Source of the DNA: a virus
IMG/VR virus record: IMGVR_UViG_3300032304_002285
Location: 1-64,000 of that record
Reading direction: 5' to 3' (one strand)
DNA length: 64,000 nucleotides
A model generated the notes under the pieces. It searched no databases. It was given only the letters and a program-made list of their open reading frames with translations, and was not told the DNA's origin. The position numbers and the translations under genes are program-made. Positions 15,410-28,271 of this stretch are shown here, piece by piece (position 1 is the stretch's first letter; the number at the start of each line of letters is the position of its first letter).

Positions 15410-18400
15410 ATGCGGAATAATGGTGGATTTAATTCGCCAAAGTAAATGGTATGTTGATATTGATTGTCCTAAGTGTAAAAAAATACAGCGCAATTTTTCA
15501 TTAAAGAGCGCGCTTGAGTTGATTCATATGTTTCAAGATTTTAAGGGAAATGGGAATCTTATTGTTGTATATGATGAGATTGGGTTATGAAAGCTCCTTG
15601 CTTTAAGTGTGGAATGATGGTGGATTTAATTCGCCAAGGTAAATTGTATGTTGATGTTGGTTGTCCTAAGTGTAAAATCATCTATCGTGGTTATTCGTTA
15701 AAATATTTGATTCGGTTGATTCATAAATATCAAGAGAGTCAGGGGAGTGGAAATCTTATTGTAGTGTATGATGAGGTTTGTTTATGAAGATTCCTTGTGG
15801 ATTTTGTGATGGGTTAGTTGATGTTGTTGATGTTGATTGTGGGGTATATGTCCAGATTCGTTGTTTTAATTGTGGTGTGACGGTTAACGGGGATAATGTG
15901 GATGAGGCTTTCAATTTCTTTTATTATCATAAGCCTGATGGCTGGAACTCGACAGTAATTGTGTATAATGAGGTAGGCTTGTGAAGGTTCATAAGGTTTC
16001 AAGAACTTTTAATCCTCCTATGTCAATGAGGTATCCTTGTTGCTATAATGGTTGTAGTGGGGTAGCAACACTACATTTCCGATGGGATGAAGTTTATATT
16101 TATTGTGATGATTGTCTTCTTAATAGTCCGTGGTTTGATTTAGATAAAATAGAGAAAGCATTTGGATGGTATTACGATGAAGATAGCAGTTTTAGGGACA
16201 TTATAATCCTATATGAAAATCCCTTGTAGTTTATCAAGATGTTCTGATCTTGCGGAATTGGATAAAGGGCATCTTATTGATTCATGTTGTTATTATTGTT
16301 GTTGTTCTGGATGCCATCAATTAGGGTATCCTTGTGATGATTGGGAATCGGCTTTAAAGAGTTGGTATAGGAATTCGGACATTTCTCTTATTATTTTTTA
16401 TGGGGAAAGTCCCATATGAAAATAGAGTTAGATAAGAGCAAGCCTTATTCTTCAATGTATAGAATTCCTTGTAATAAGGATTCATGTGTTGGTTCTGCTT
16501 TTTTTCGTTGGCATGGGGAGAAGGTTTTTATTTGGTGTGTTTCTTGTCTGGAACTCGGCTTTTCTTTTAATACGATAGAAGAGGCTCTTGCCGGTTGGTA
16601 TATACATGGTTTGTCTATGGTGATTGTTTTAGAAGATAAAGAGATATGACTGAAAGGATTGAGGATGAAAGTTCCTTGTTGGAACCAATTTTGTAAAGAG
16701 TTGATTGAGATAGAGATGGACAATGGTTGGGCGTCTTGTGCTTGTGATAAGTGTGGGGTTCGGTGTTTGGGCAGAGATTCGGTCAAGAAGATATTGGGGG
16801 ATTGGTATGCGAATACTCACTTCGATTTGGTTGTTGTTTGGGAAGATGTTCAAGAAAAAGGATTACAGGGTTAAGATTCCTTGTTGGAATGCTAATTGTA
16901 CAACGGGAGCTAATCTGACATTCAAGGGAGGATGGTATACTTGTAGTTGTTTGAATTGCAAAAGTGGGTGTGGGAGTTCAGAGGGTGTTAAGGTTTTCGA
17001 GAGATGGTATTTATATTCAGAAGTGAATCTGGTGATAGTTCTGGAAGAAAAGACGATCTATAGATTTTGGAAGTAATTGATGATTGAAAGATTGATAATA
17101 CCATGCAGGGACCATGGCTGTAATAGAATTGCTTATTTGAATAGGATAAATGAGCGTTGGTATCATATTGGTTGTACTTGTGGTCAATCTGGTTGGACGG
17201 AAACTAACAATACAAACAAGGCGATAGAAGAAGCTCTTATTGCATGGTATTTGGAGGATGGTCTAGGTTTGGTGATAGTGACTGAAGAGTGTCCTCTGTG
17301 AAAGATTTTGAGATTAGAATTCCATGTAGGAGTACGAATTGTAGCAAGTTAGCTGTTGCAAGAAAATCTAATAGTAATTGGGGCAGGGTGGCTTGTGGTT
17401 GTGGGCAGAATTGTTGGATGGAGACTCCTAAAAAAGACACGCAATTTTTGGATTCTATTATTTCTCAATGGTATTTCGAGGACGATCCTAATCTGGTTAT
17501 CATCATTGAAGAAAATCCATTATGAAAAAAGGTTACTTAAAAATTCCTTGTTGGGATAGGGATTGTAAAGAGTTGGCAATTTTATCAGAAGGGGGTAGGT
17601 GGTTTAGGGTAAGATGTAGTGCATGTAATTCAGCAAGTCTTATGAGTGAAAAACGGAATGAGTCATTGGCAGATTGGTACTTGGATTATGCTTCCCACAG
17701 TCATGTGATTATTTTAGATTGTGTTGTCATCACTGAAGAAAATCCATTATGATAAAATATCTAAAAATACCTTGTATGAATAATAGTTGTCGAGGATTGG
17801 CTATTTTATCAATTGGGGATGAGTGGCGCAGGGTACATTGTCCCACATGTTATTCTGAAAGTGTTTTAAGTAGAAGTTTTAAAGACACATTAGAATATTG
17901 GTACCAAGATCGCAATTTTTATATTAAAAAGTCAACGATAACCAACATTATCATCATTGAAGAAAAGCCGTTATGAAAATCCCGGAAATGAAAGTTCCTT
18001 GTTGGAATTTATATTGTAGTGAGCTAGCAGTCCTAGAGACAAAGGGTAATTATTACCAAATATATTGCCCTGGTTGTGAAACCGTGAGTCTTGCAAGTAG
18101 AAATGTATATGAGTCATTGGATAATTGGTATGAGGTTTTTAACGACAAGAGTAGAAATAAAACCCATGTCATAATCCTTGAAGAAAAGCCTTTATGAGGG
18201 AATCGGAATGAAAATTCCTTGTTGGAATAAAAATTGTAATGGGTTGGGTGTTTTAATGTATGAAGATGGTTGGTTTAGGGTAAATTGTTCTACTTGTAAT
18301 TCGGGAAGTAATGTTTGTCGAAATTGGGACAAATCATTAGAAGATTGGTATTGTGATTATGATTTCCAAAAGGCATCCTTGGAGAAGATTATCATCATTC

Positions 18401-18913
18401 AAGAAAAGCCATTATGAATCTTTATAAAATACCATGTGTACATGAGAGGTGTCCTGGTCCTGCTTACTTCAAGCGGGAATTGAAGAATTGGTATTATTGT
18501 AAGTGCTATGTATGTGGACACGAATCCATACACTATCAGAATAAGCTTAGGGCTATGACTAATTGGTATAATGAATCAGTTTTTTGGGATTCTAATAGAG
18601 AGAAGAAGACATATCTGGTGATTATCATAGAAGAAACAGAGTTATGAAACCATTACAGGATTCGAGGATTCCTTGTTTTCAGAAAGAGTGTCATGGATTG
18701 GCGAGGATAACTCCTGTAGGAGGTGGGAATGAATGTGGGATTATTTGTAGTGGTTGCTATATTTGTGGGCATCAAACATCAAAAGACTTGATTTATTTAT
18801 TAGATTCTTGGTACAGGGGAGAGACATACAGCAATCTCAATAAAGCTCCGGAATACTTCAGTATTTTTCCAGAGATGACCATGATCCTTATTCTTGAAGA
18901 GGCTGAGAATTAA
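15390..18913 (+). CDS. Uninterrupted array of 16 Lar-like zinc-ribbon mini-genes
   Basis: Starts near 15390, 15587, 15784, 15981, 16213, 16416, 16659, 16846, 17077, 17289, 17522, 17749, 17973, 18194, 18414, 18644; all carry PC..C / C..C and a hydrophobic-EE tail, most also W-Y; ATGA overlaps. Confidence 0.85.
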
Positions 18914-18919
18914 AAGAGG

Positions 18920-19648
18920 ATGTTTCCTGTGAATCTTGGAATATGTGCCATCGTAAAGGACGAAAGAATTTCTTATGCATCGGAATGGGTTCAATGGTAT
19001 AGAGAGTTAGGGGTAAAGAGGTTTTTCATTTACAACAACGGTGTAGAGCCTTTTGTGACTGGTCCTGACATTGTAGAGACAGCTTGGCCGGGGAAGGCTG
19101 TACAATTGGCGGCTTATGATCATTGTCTTGCCTATAATCAAGGAATGGATTTCATAGCTTTCATTGATCTTGATGAGTTCATTGTTGGTCCATTGATTTC
19201 CAAGCTGGAGCATGTGGAGAATGGGTTGGCTTTGAATTGGAGGATGTATGGAAGTTCGGGATTGAATTATAACCATCAGGGAAGGCAATTAGGGGTATTC
19301 CGTAAGTATGCTCCACCTACAGCCTGTGAGACGGTAAAAACCATTGTAAGGGTAAACAATGCCATTCAGGCTTTGAGTCCTCATCATTTCTTGTTTAGGA
19401 ATGGGAAGGGGGTTCAGAGTTTGAATGGTGCTATTGTTTCTAGTCCTATTAATCCGATAAGTTCTTGGCCAGAGGTTTGGATAAATCATTATATATTGAG
19501 ATCAAAGGCTGATTGGTTTTACAAGGCTTACAGGGGAAGAGTATCTGTTAAGGATACCTGTTATGATGTGTCTACAATTGAGGGGATAGATAAGGTTTGT
19601 ACGGAAACCGATGAAGTAGTGTATTGGCGGGGTATAATGGGGGAATGA
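18920..19648 (+). CDS. Glycosyltransferase (GT2/GT92-like)
   Basis: 'LGICAIVKDE...EWVQWY..LGV..FFIYNN...Q..AY..C...FIAFIDLDEF...LNWRMYGSSG...VKTIV...INHY'. Confidence 0.82.
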   Translation: MFPVNLGICAIVKDERISYASEWVQWYRELGVKRFFIYNNGVEPFVTGPDIVETAWPGKAVQLAAYDHCLAYNQGMDFIAFIDLDEFIVGPLISKLEHVENGLALNWRMYGSSGLNYNHQGRQLGVFRKYAPPTACETVKTIVRVNNAIQALSPHHFLFRNGKGVQSLNGAIVSSPINPISSWPEVWINHYILRSKADWFYKAYRGRVSVKDTCYDVSTIEGIDKVCTETDEVVYWRGIMGE

Positions 19649-19714
19649 TATTTTTTCAATAAAAGGATCTATTTATAGGAAATAAGAGAGTTTAATCGGG
19701 CGGGAGGGTGTAGG

Positions 19715-20539
19715 ATGAAGACGGTTGCTTCTGAGTTGTTGAAGATTGCCAAGAGCTTGGTTGCAGCCCGTCCTATTCCCATTGATAAGAAAGCGGTTAA
19801 GGAATTCGTTGATGATATTCTTCTTTCTTCTGTTTTTAGATGGGCATCACAGCAAAATCCAAACAAGAAGCTTGGTAGACAACCAATTTGCAAGTCTGTT
19901 TTCTCCTTAAAGAATCCAAGAGGAGAACATGTAAGTTTGGATGTAATAGTACAGACAAGTCCACACAGCAATGATTCAATATTTACCGGAGGATATTTTT
20001 CTAGAGTCAAATCCCCTGGAAGGTGGAAGATTGTTTTGGGAATCAATGAAAACCTATATCCATCTTCGATTCTTGAAAATCCGAATAAGCTTGGGGCTAT
20101 ACTTTATTCTGCTATGATTCATGAGTTGACTCATGCTTTGGATGTAATTCCAGATGGTGTTTCCCGAATGGATTATCTCAAGAAACAAAATTCCCCTGGA
20201 GTCATTCCAACAGGTGATGACATTGATTTTAAAAAATATGTCAACAATCCGGTTGAGGTTCGGGCTCATATGCAACAAGTGGTTGACGAGGTTCTAACAA
20301 GGGTTAGCAATCCCTATTATTTGGCTTTCTTAAAGCGGACCTACCCGAATGACATGAAAGACAAAATGATTGGGAAAAATGCTATGACAAATCTTTCTCC
20401 TAAATGGTGTTTCCTAATCGAAAATGGAATCAGTAAGGAAAATCGGAAGAAGATTTTGCAAGCTGTTTATAGAGCATTGGAAGATAGTGGTTTGTTTGAC
20501 AGGACAAAAGAAGTGAATGATGGTGCTGTTTTAGAATAA
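19715..20539 (+). CDS. Tagged HExxH (zincin-like) protein, paralogous to the N-domain of 38202
   Basis: N-terminus MKTVASELLKIAKSLVAARPIPIDK; MIHELTHALD; YVNNPVEVRAHMQ. Confidence 0.7.
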   Translation: MKTVASELLKIAKSLVAARPIPIDKKAVKEFVDDILLSSVFRWASQQNPNKKLGRQPICKSVFSLKNPRGEHVSLDVIVQTSPHSNDSIFTGGYFSRVKSPGRWKIVLGINENLYPSSILENPNKLGAILYSAMIHELTHALDVIPDGVSRMDYLKKQNSPGVIPTGDDIDFKKYVNNPVEVRAHMQQVVDEVLTRVSNPYYLAFLKRTYPNDMKDKMIGKNAMTNLSPKWCFLIENGISKENRKKILQAVYRALEDSGLFDRTKEVNDGAVLE

Positions 20540-20552
20540 TGATAGATATGGA

Positions 20553-23500
20553 TTGAGAATGTTTAAGCACAAACACAAGCCGTGTTCTGTTCCTTGTTAT
20601 TGTGGTTCTAGGTTATCTGATCTTCGGCAATTGAAGAATGGCGTTATCAAGATAAAATGCAGGAATTGCAAGCATGCTCTTTATTTTGGAAAGAATGCTT
20701 ATCAATTGGCTGATTGGCTAGTTAAAGAGAATGATAATTCGGGGATATTTATTGCAAGTGAGAAAGAGATTTGAGGTTGATAATGGGATTGTATACTGAG
20801 TTTAGGCAAGGCGATGAAGATCCTGTTTATCTAGCGGTGAAGATTCTTCATCATTTAATGGGATATCCGGAGTTCATTGTTATCTATGGAGAAGAAGTTC
20901 AATTGGAATATTGATTATGTTTGTTAGAGATGTAAAGCCAGATCGTAAAGAAGCCGATTCAGAATTGAAGAATATTCACATTGATGAGTTTACTCATGAG
21001 GATGGAAGAATATCTCAATTTCTGACGGCTTATTATGTTGATAGGGATGGTGTATTTGCTTATTCATTTCCTGAAAATTCTATTTTGGTATATGGTGGCG
21101 TAGAGTGGTAAAGTCTCTTTTTAAATTTGATGAAGTATATGTGAAGTTAATGGTAGACCTGATTCATAAAGAAGAGATGGATAAGATTCATTCTCACATA
21201 AAGGAATATTTGGATAGAGATTACAATCAAGGTGAGGCTATAAAATGGATGGGGATTTGGGTATATAAAGAGAGAGAATTGAATGAAAAGTAAGGGTTAC
21301 AAATTTCCTTGTAGTTGTGGGAGATTGTGTAGGGTTTTTAAGAATCATACGAATTGGTATTTTGTTTGTGGTTGTGGTGTTGGATTTCATCTTTTTAGGG
21401 ACTTGAAGCGATTGTTGGGATTTTGTCATTTCATTGATGTTATTCTTATCTTAGATGAAATTGAGGATATATGAAGTTCTATAATTTACCTTGTCGTTGT
21501 GGGGGAATTATAAGGATTCATGGGGATCACATGTATTGGATTACGGATTGCAGAGGTTGTCAGAAGACTGTTTCTTTGTATTGGACATTGGAAAATGTTT
21601 TGAAGTATTGTGATTTCAAAGACGTGATAGTTATCATTGATTGAGTATGAAAAAGAAAAAATATCCGGATAGATTGCCTTGTGTGAATCCAGATTGCCAC
21701 GGGAATAATCTTTTGCTTAGGCGTGGTCAATCTTTTAGTAGAAGATATTGGTTAATACGTTGTGAATCTTGTAATAAGAACATTGCTTGGGATAGAGGGT
21801 TAATATCATTTTTGAATTATTATTATCAGAAGTCTCCCGAATTGATTATTATTCTTGGAGAGAAGAATGAAGAATAACTATCCAAAAAGCATTCCATGTG
21901 TTGGGGTTGGTTGTAATCGGAGTGCCACTTTGGATAGGCGTGGTTACAAGTCCCAGAATAGAAGGTATTGGTTATTACGGTGTGAGCCATGTCACGCGAT
22001 TATTGTTTGGCATAGGGGTTTGAAATTGTTATTGGCTGATTATTACAAGAAGTCTCCCGAATTGATTATTATTCTTGGAGAGAAAAATGTTTAAGCATCC
22101 GAAGATGATTCCTTGTTTGATCTGTGATTGTGGTCTTAATGTGAAGAGGGAAGGCAGGAGTTGGAAATTTAGTTGTGATAAGTGTTGTAGTGTTAGTTTT
22201 TCTAAACAAAATTTGTTTAAGGCTATTAGGGGTTTGTACATTAATCCCTGGAACGAGTCAGATTATCCGAATCATGGTTTAAAAGGGAAGATTTTGATAA
22301 TAAGTGATAAGTTAATTAGGGGTAGGACTATATGAACAATAAAATAAACATTGGGAAGGTTCCATGTAATTGTTGTGATGGGATTATGAATTTAAACAGG
22401 ACAAGGGCTATCGGTAGGTTTAGACTCTGGTATTTCAAGTGTAGCAAGTGTGAAGCGTATTATTTTAAAAAAGGAAAGATATCAGAGGCATTGTCTAGTT
22501 GGTCTCAATTGACTTCTTTTTGCAATAATCAGATTATTTTTGTATTGAAAGAAATGGCGATAAAGGAATAGGAAATGAATTTTCCTAAGAGTATTCCTTG
22601 TTGTCAAGGAAGATGCAGCGGGGTAGCATTTGTTGAGTATGATCGTAATTTCTCTATGAATGTGTGGATTTTTACTTGTAGAAGTTGTCATAGTAAACAC
22701 ATAGATACTAGAAGTTTTAAGAGTGGTGTTGAGACTTGGTATAAATGGGCTGATCTTAGAGGCTTGGTTATTGTATTGAAGGAAAAGAAATTGAAATGAA
22801 ATTAATTGGTATTCCTTGTTCGAGGTGTGGCAGGATTGCTGAGGTTTCTTCTTATTATTCTGTTGTTGATGAATATGATCATTTTGATGCACATTGTAAG
22901 GCTTGTGGGAAGCGTGGGAATGTTTTTGGAGAAAGAAGCATTGAGAGTTCACTGAAGAATTTTTACATAATAGATGAATTAGGTTTTATTATTTTTTATT
23001 GGGAGATTGAAGAATGAAAATAAGCTCCATGGCTCTTCCTTCTCATTGTAAGGGTCATAGTGCAATACTTTCAAGGCATCTTCTTACTGAAGTTTCCTAT
23101 TTTAGGTTTGTATGTTCTCATTGTGGGAGACGAGAATCTATAGCTTCTCTAGAATTATCGTTAGATTATTTTTATTTTGAGGCTGAATTAGAGGTTATCA
23201 TTATTTTAAAAGAGTATCCGAGGGAATTACCTGTTGATGGATGGTGTAATAAAAGAGCTTAAGCGGATAAGCATTCCTTGTACGATCAAGGACTGTATGG
23301 GTCCTGCTTGGCTTGTAGAGACCTATTATAAGGACGGGGAGCATTCTCCAAATAAAGACAGATTGTATTGGCGTTGTGAGTGTAGCATGTGTGGAGTAAT
23401 GGAATTCAATCAGAAGGACATTAATACTGCCTTGAAGCGGTGGTTTAGGAAGAGATTGGATTTTATCATAGTGATTGGAGAAAAGAAATGGGAGACGGGT

Positions 23501-23709
23501 GGATAAAAAGGAAGCTGAGCCGGGTATCATGTTGGTGTGGTGGCGATGCTTTTCTTTACGAGGTTGCTGAAAAACCTCAATGGATGATCAAATGTGTTAA
23601 GTGTTCACAGACTTCCTATGCAAGATATAGGAAGGTTGTTTTTAGACGTTGGTTCAGGAATTCAGATTGTTCAATAGTTTATGTTATTGAAGAGAGAATA
23701 TTGAAATGA
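20553..23709 (+). CDS. Block of ~12 Lar-like zinc-ribbon mini-genes with a few unrelated small ORFs
   Basis: Starts near 20553, 21283, 21471, 21641, 21867, 22087, 22332, 22575, 22796, 23014, 23234, 23488; 21641 and 21867 are recent duplicates (both end YxKSPELIIILGEKN). Confidence 0.78.
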
Positions 23710-23775
23710 GTACTCAAGAGTGTTTTCGGGTTCGGATTTTTATGGGGTTATATATTGTTTGAGTGAAGGTAGCAT

Positions 23776-26700
23776 ATGAGAAATAAGATTAATTACCCTT
23801 TGAAGATGAAAGATGTAACGAGTAAGCATATTCCAAAACAATCGGACATATTGAGTTGGATAATCATTGAGAGGGTTGGTCATTCCATTATTGTTTTGGA
23901 ATACAGGACGAAGCTTGGGTATAAAAAGTTTTTGCAATTAAGATTTAACTATGGGCAGATAATGGTTGTGAAAGAAGTAGCAGATGAAAGACATTAGGCA
24001 TTTAGGGCTGAAAATAAGTGATTTTGATAAAAGAGAAAAGAAGACTTATCAAGTGCTTCGGTATAGCTGGGACTTAGTTCATCCTATTTTTAAAAAACAA
24101 ACAGAAAAATCATTGGTTGTTTTTTATCATTGGCCAGAAGTAGGAATGATGGAGAGATACTTATTCCCTCCTGAGGATTGCGTTGTTGTCGTTGGAGAAG
24201 TTTTCTTTAATGAAAAGTAAAAATTATTTTGATCTTAGGGGTTGTGGATTGACAATAAAGAGCTTTGATTTTGCTTATGATGTTGGGACGGTGTTAGGGG
24301 GTTTAGAGGTGGTTGGGGTTAATCTTAAGCTTTATCCAACCCAAGTTGTCTGTTTTTATTGTTGTAATGAACGTGGCGATGTTGCACCTTGGTCTATTGG
24401 GGCTCCTGGTGGATTGATTTTTGTTCATTCAGGTATTGAGATTTCTGAATGAAAAATGATGGTGATTTTATTGGATTGTGGGCTGAAGGGTCAAGCTATT
24501 GTGATCTTACTGGTTTAGGGTTTACTACAAAGAATTTTGATTTTTACAAAAGCATGTTGATAATGGAGGCAGAAGTTGTAGGAATGAAATTCAAGGCTTC
24601 TTCTCCGAATAGGCATTCTGTTTCTCTTTATTATAGGAATAGATACGGTTGCATAGTATCGACTCCTATTTCTATTCCTAAGGGTTTGGTGTTTATCTCA
24701 AAGACAGAAGTGGGGATTTAAGAGAATGAAGAAATTAACATTGGGTGACTTCAAGGGTGTTGATTGTTACTTTGGTCCTTATTATGAGGAGGACAGGGTA
24801 ACAAGAGTACGGGTTGAGGAGAGTGGGGCTGTTTCTTTTTATAAGGTTTTTTGTTATGATCCGAATAAAGCAGCATTTGAGCTTATTGTTCCTTCTGGTC
24901 TTGTTTATTTTATTGGGGAAGAGGAGATAAATGAAGGCGAGAAGTCAAAGAAAGAGAAGACGCTAGATCGGTGTATGAAGCAGGCTAGAAGTGAATTGGA
25001 TTGTTATGGTTATAGGGAGCATGATGATCCAGCCAGGATGAATTTACTTGAGATAGTGGAGAGATTAACTCCTTTGGGAAGGTGTGTGCTCTGTGCCATT
25101 CCTGGGGAGAAGATTCAGATTGAGGTAAGGAAGGGATGGGCAAAGATTTTGAGTGCAGAGGTTCTTATGGCCAAGATAAAGAGGACTGACGTTAAGGAAG
25201 CTTTCATTAAGTTGGCAGAGTCGATGGTATAATAGGGCTGGAACGGCAATGGCGATGAAAAAATCCAGAGGTGATTTACACATATGGGATTTTCTGATTA
25301 AGAAAAGTGACACTCCGAATTGGAAGGTTGATCTTACTCGTTGTTGGGTAACGGAGTGTAAGGGAGAGAAGTTTCATGTATTGCAATTGGCAGACAAGAT
25401 AGGGAAGCAGAACAAGTCTTGGGTTGGTGATTACTGGGAAGAAGTGTTTTTTCCATTTGGTTACATTTTAGTGATAGAGGTTGAAGTCATTGAGTAAGCA
25501 CTTGCATTTATCTGATTTTTTAATGCCAGTATCGAAAGTGTGGCTTACTCCTTCCAAAGATTGGGAAATAAGAAGAGTAAGAATTCATGAGAGGAAAAAG
25601 TTGGATGGTGAGAGTGTCAATGTTTTTTATCTTGTGGGAGATCATGGGAAATGTTGGCAAAGGGATTTTCCGTTGCATTCAATTCTCATAGTGGATGTAG
25701 TTTTTTATGAGTGAGTATTGTGAATTATCTATTGAAGAGATTGAGTTTAATCCTCCTTTGGACATTATGAAGTTGATTTGTGGTTATCCATGGTCTATTC
25801 CGATTGACATAATTCGTCTAGAGGAAAGAACGTATGCAGGTAAAGTTAGTTTGGTGATTTGTAGTCTTGGTAAGGGTGGTGATTATTTGGTTCTAAAAGT
25901 AGCATCTTATGGATCGGTATTTGTCTATGACGAACATGATGAAAAGTGAAGTTTTTATTGATCTTGGTTGTTTAATTCCCATAAGTTATTTCAATCAAAT
26001 AGAAAGAGATACAGCCAGGATTAATAAGATCAGGTTAAATGAGACCAAGGATGGCGATCTTCTTATGATTTTTGGTATTATGAAGGGTGATAATTATGAG
26101 AGTACTATGTGTTTAGGTTCAAGTCCTCAGGGTGTTTTGTACACTTACGGGGAGCAGGGGTTTGAATAAGAAGGGATTAAATAAAGACCATGATTTTTTG
26201 ATTAGTCAGGATCGGTCTATGGTCATGGCTGGTTTAGTGATGATTTGTGAAAACAAAGATGATACTATTGAAAATTGTATTCGTTGTTCTCACTCTAAAG
26301 AACATAAGATCACTAAAGATTCTGGTTGTAATTTTTGTGTTATTTGTATGAATGCGATTGGTCCTGCTTTTTGTCTTCCTGTTAATTTGATTGTTATTAA
26401 GGAAGAGTTTACAGACTATTAGGAGTGATGGAATTTCTACGGTTTTTGCTTCATTTTCCAGAAAACACTGTTTGTGTGACCAGGGGTAGTTTGTTTTGAA
26501 AATTCTTACCAAAAAGTCTGAAATTTTTCGAGAATTTATAGTAGACATAGATAGGGCTGATTTTACTGATCGTAAACATATCAGCCTTGTTACGTTTGGT
26601 ATTAAGAAAATTACTTCGGTAACAGTTAAAGACTATGAAGATGGCAAGTTATTGTTGATTGCATTTGGGAAGAGGAAGCAGCGCAAGACTAATTACTATG

Positions 26701-27003
26701 TACTTTCTGATGAATTTCCCAAAGACACTGTTTATGTGATAAAGGGTAGATTGTTTTGAAATTTCGTGATTTAAATTTGAAGAGACACACAAATTGAAGA
26801 GTTTTAATTTAAGAGAAGTTTATCCGGGTGCAAAGAACGAAAAGGTATTTCCTGTTGTCGTTGTTCATTCTAGTTATTCTCATAATCAAATGCATCAATT
26901 TGTTTATTGGTTTAGGGTTGGGGATAACCAACGGATGATGATGGAAGAGTTTCCTCTTGGGGAAATCCTAGTAAAGAATGAAAGGCTTTTAGATGAACTA
27001 TAG
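23776..27003 (+). CDS. Block of ~11 FP-family mini-genes
   Basis: C-termini e.g. FPPEDCVVVVGE, APGGLIFVHS, IPKGLVFISK, FFPFGYILVIE, FPLHSILIVD, FPKDTVYVIKG, FPLGEILVKNE. Confidence 0.7.
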
Positions 27004-27268
27004 AGATTTGTTGGTTAAGTATATGGCGCATGTTGGAGAGGTTGAGGGTGTTGATTTTTTAGGTTCTTCTTATTTTACGCAATCTAAATGTTTGAATAAG
27101 GAAGAGCAGCAGGCTCTTTTGTCGCTAGAGAAAGAGGCTGGTGAGTATTTGGATAGATTGCACAATAAGAGTGTGTTAATAGACTCTGCTACGTTGACTG
27201 GCGTATGGAATAACACTAGGCGTGGTCCCGATGTTTATTCTGTTTCGGTTAATGTCAGGAGGTAGAAA

Positions 27269-28222
27269 TTGGTCAAAAATCGGAATGATATGTTGATAGT
27301 CAAGGTACCTTGTGGATTTTGTGGGAACACGGCTGTTTTGACTAAACATGTGGAAGCTTTAGTAGACACTGAGGGTTATTCTTTTCTTGTTGAGTGTGGG
27401 TCTTGTAGATCGAAGTTATTTGGGTTTAATATCAAAAGATTGCTAACTCGTTTTTATAATTTTGGTAAGTACGGCAAGAGTGGCAAGATTAATTTCATAA
27501 TTGTTTGGAATGAGAATTGAGGGAGAGATGGCAGGATTCATGGTTTTACCTTGTACCATTCCGGGTTGTGGCGGGATGAGCCACGTTTATTCTGTTGATA
27601 AGACATATGAGAAGGCCAATCTTGGTAAGTATTTTTGTCGTTGTTCTCGTTGTCTTTTTGTTTCATCTTTGGCTTTTGATATTCCTGGGTTGGTGAAAAA
27701 GTTATTGAAGGATGGAGAGTCTGATCTAGTTTTTGTTTTTGAGGGTGAAATATTTAACACGGGATTTCAGGAATGAGAATCCCTTGTTGTACTCCGGGAT
27801 GTTTGGGGGCTGCTTATGTCTATAATTCTTTGTACATAGGATTCGGTTGTGGTTGTCCTGTTTGTCATAAAGAGACGGGATGGCATGGATTAAAAGAAGA
27901 TATGCTTAATGCTTGGTATAAAGAGGTGGAACTAGGGCTGATCATTTGTTTTGAAGAGCAGGGTTGGTGGAAGACAGGGAGAAGGTGGGATGGGGCGGTA
28001 TAATGGATCTAGGAGGGTCATGAGGGTATGAAATCGGTATGGACACTACCTTGCTGCGATTCGGGTTGTAAGGGTCCTGCTTTTATGCTTAGGAATGACA
28101 ATGGTTTCATGTGTAGGTGTTCTCGCTGTAGCTTGATGACTTATGGGCATGAGAGTTGGAGAGAAGCGGCTAATAGCTGGGTAAGTGCTTTGGGTTGGGG
28201 TTGTATTTTCATTTTGGAGTAG
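27269..28222 (+). CDS. Four Lar-like zinc-ribbon mini-genes
   Basis: VPCGFC, LPCTIPGC, IPCCTPGC, LPCCDSGC plus a second CxxC and hydrophobic-E tail. Confidence 0.75.
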
Positions 28223-28271
28223 GGAGACTGGGATAGACGAGATTTCTTAGTAATGAAAGAGAATGATGTAA

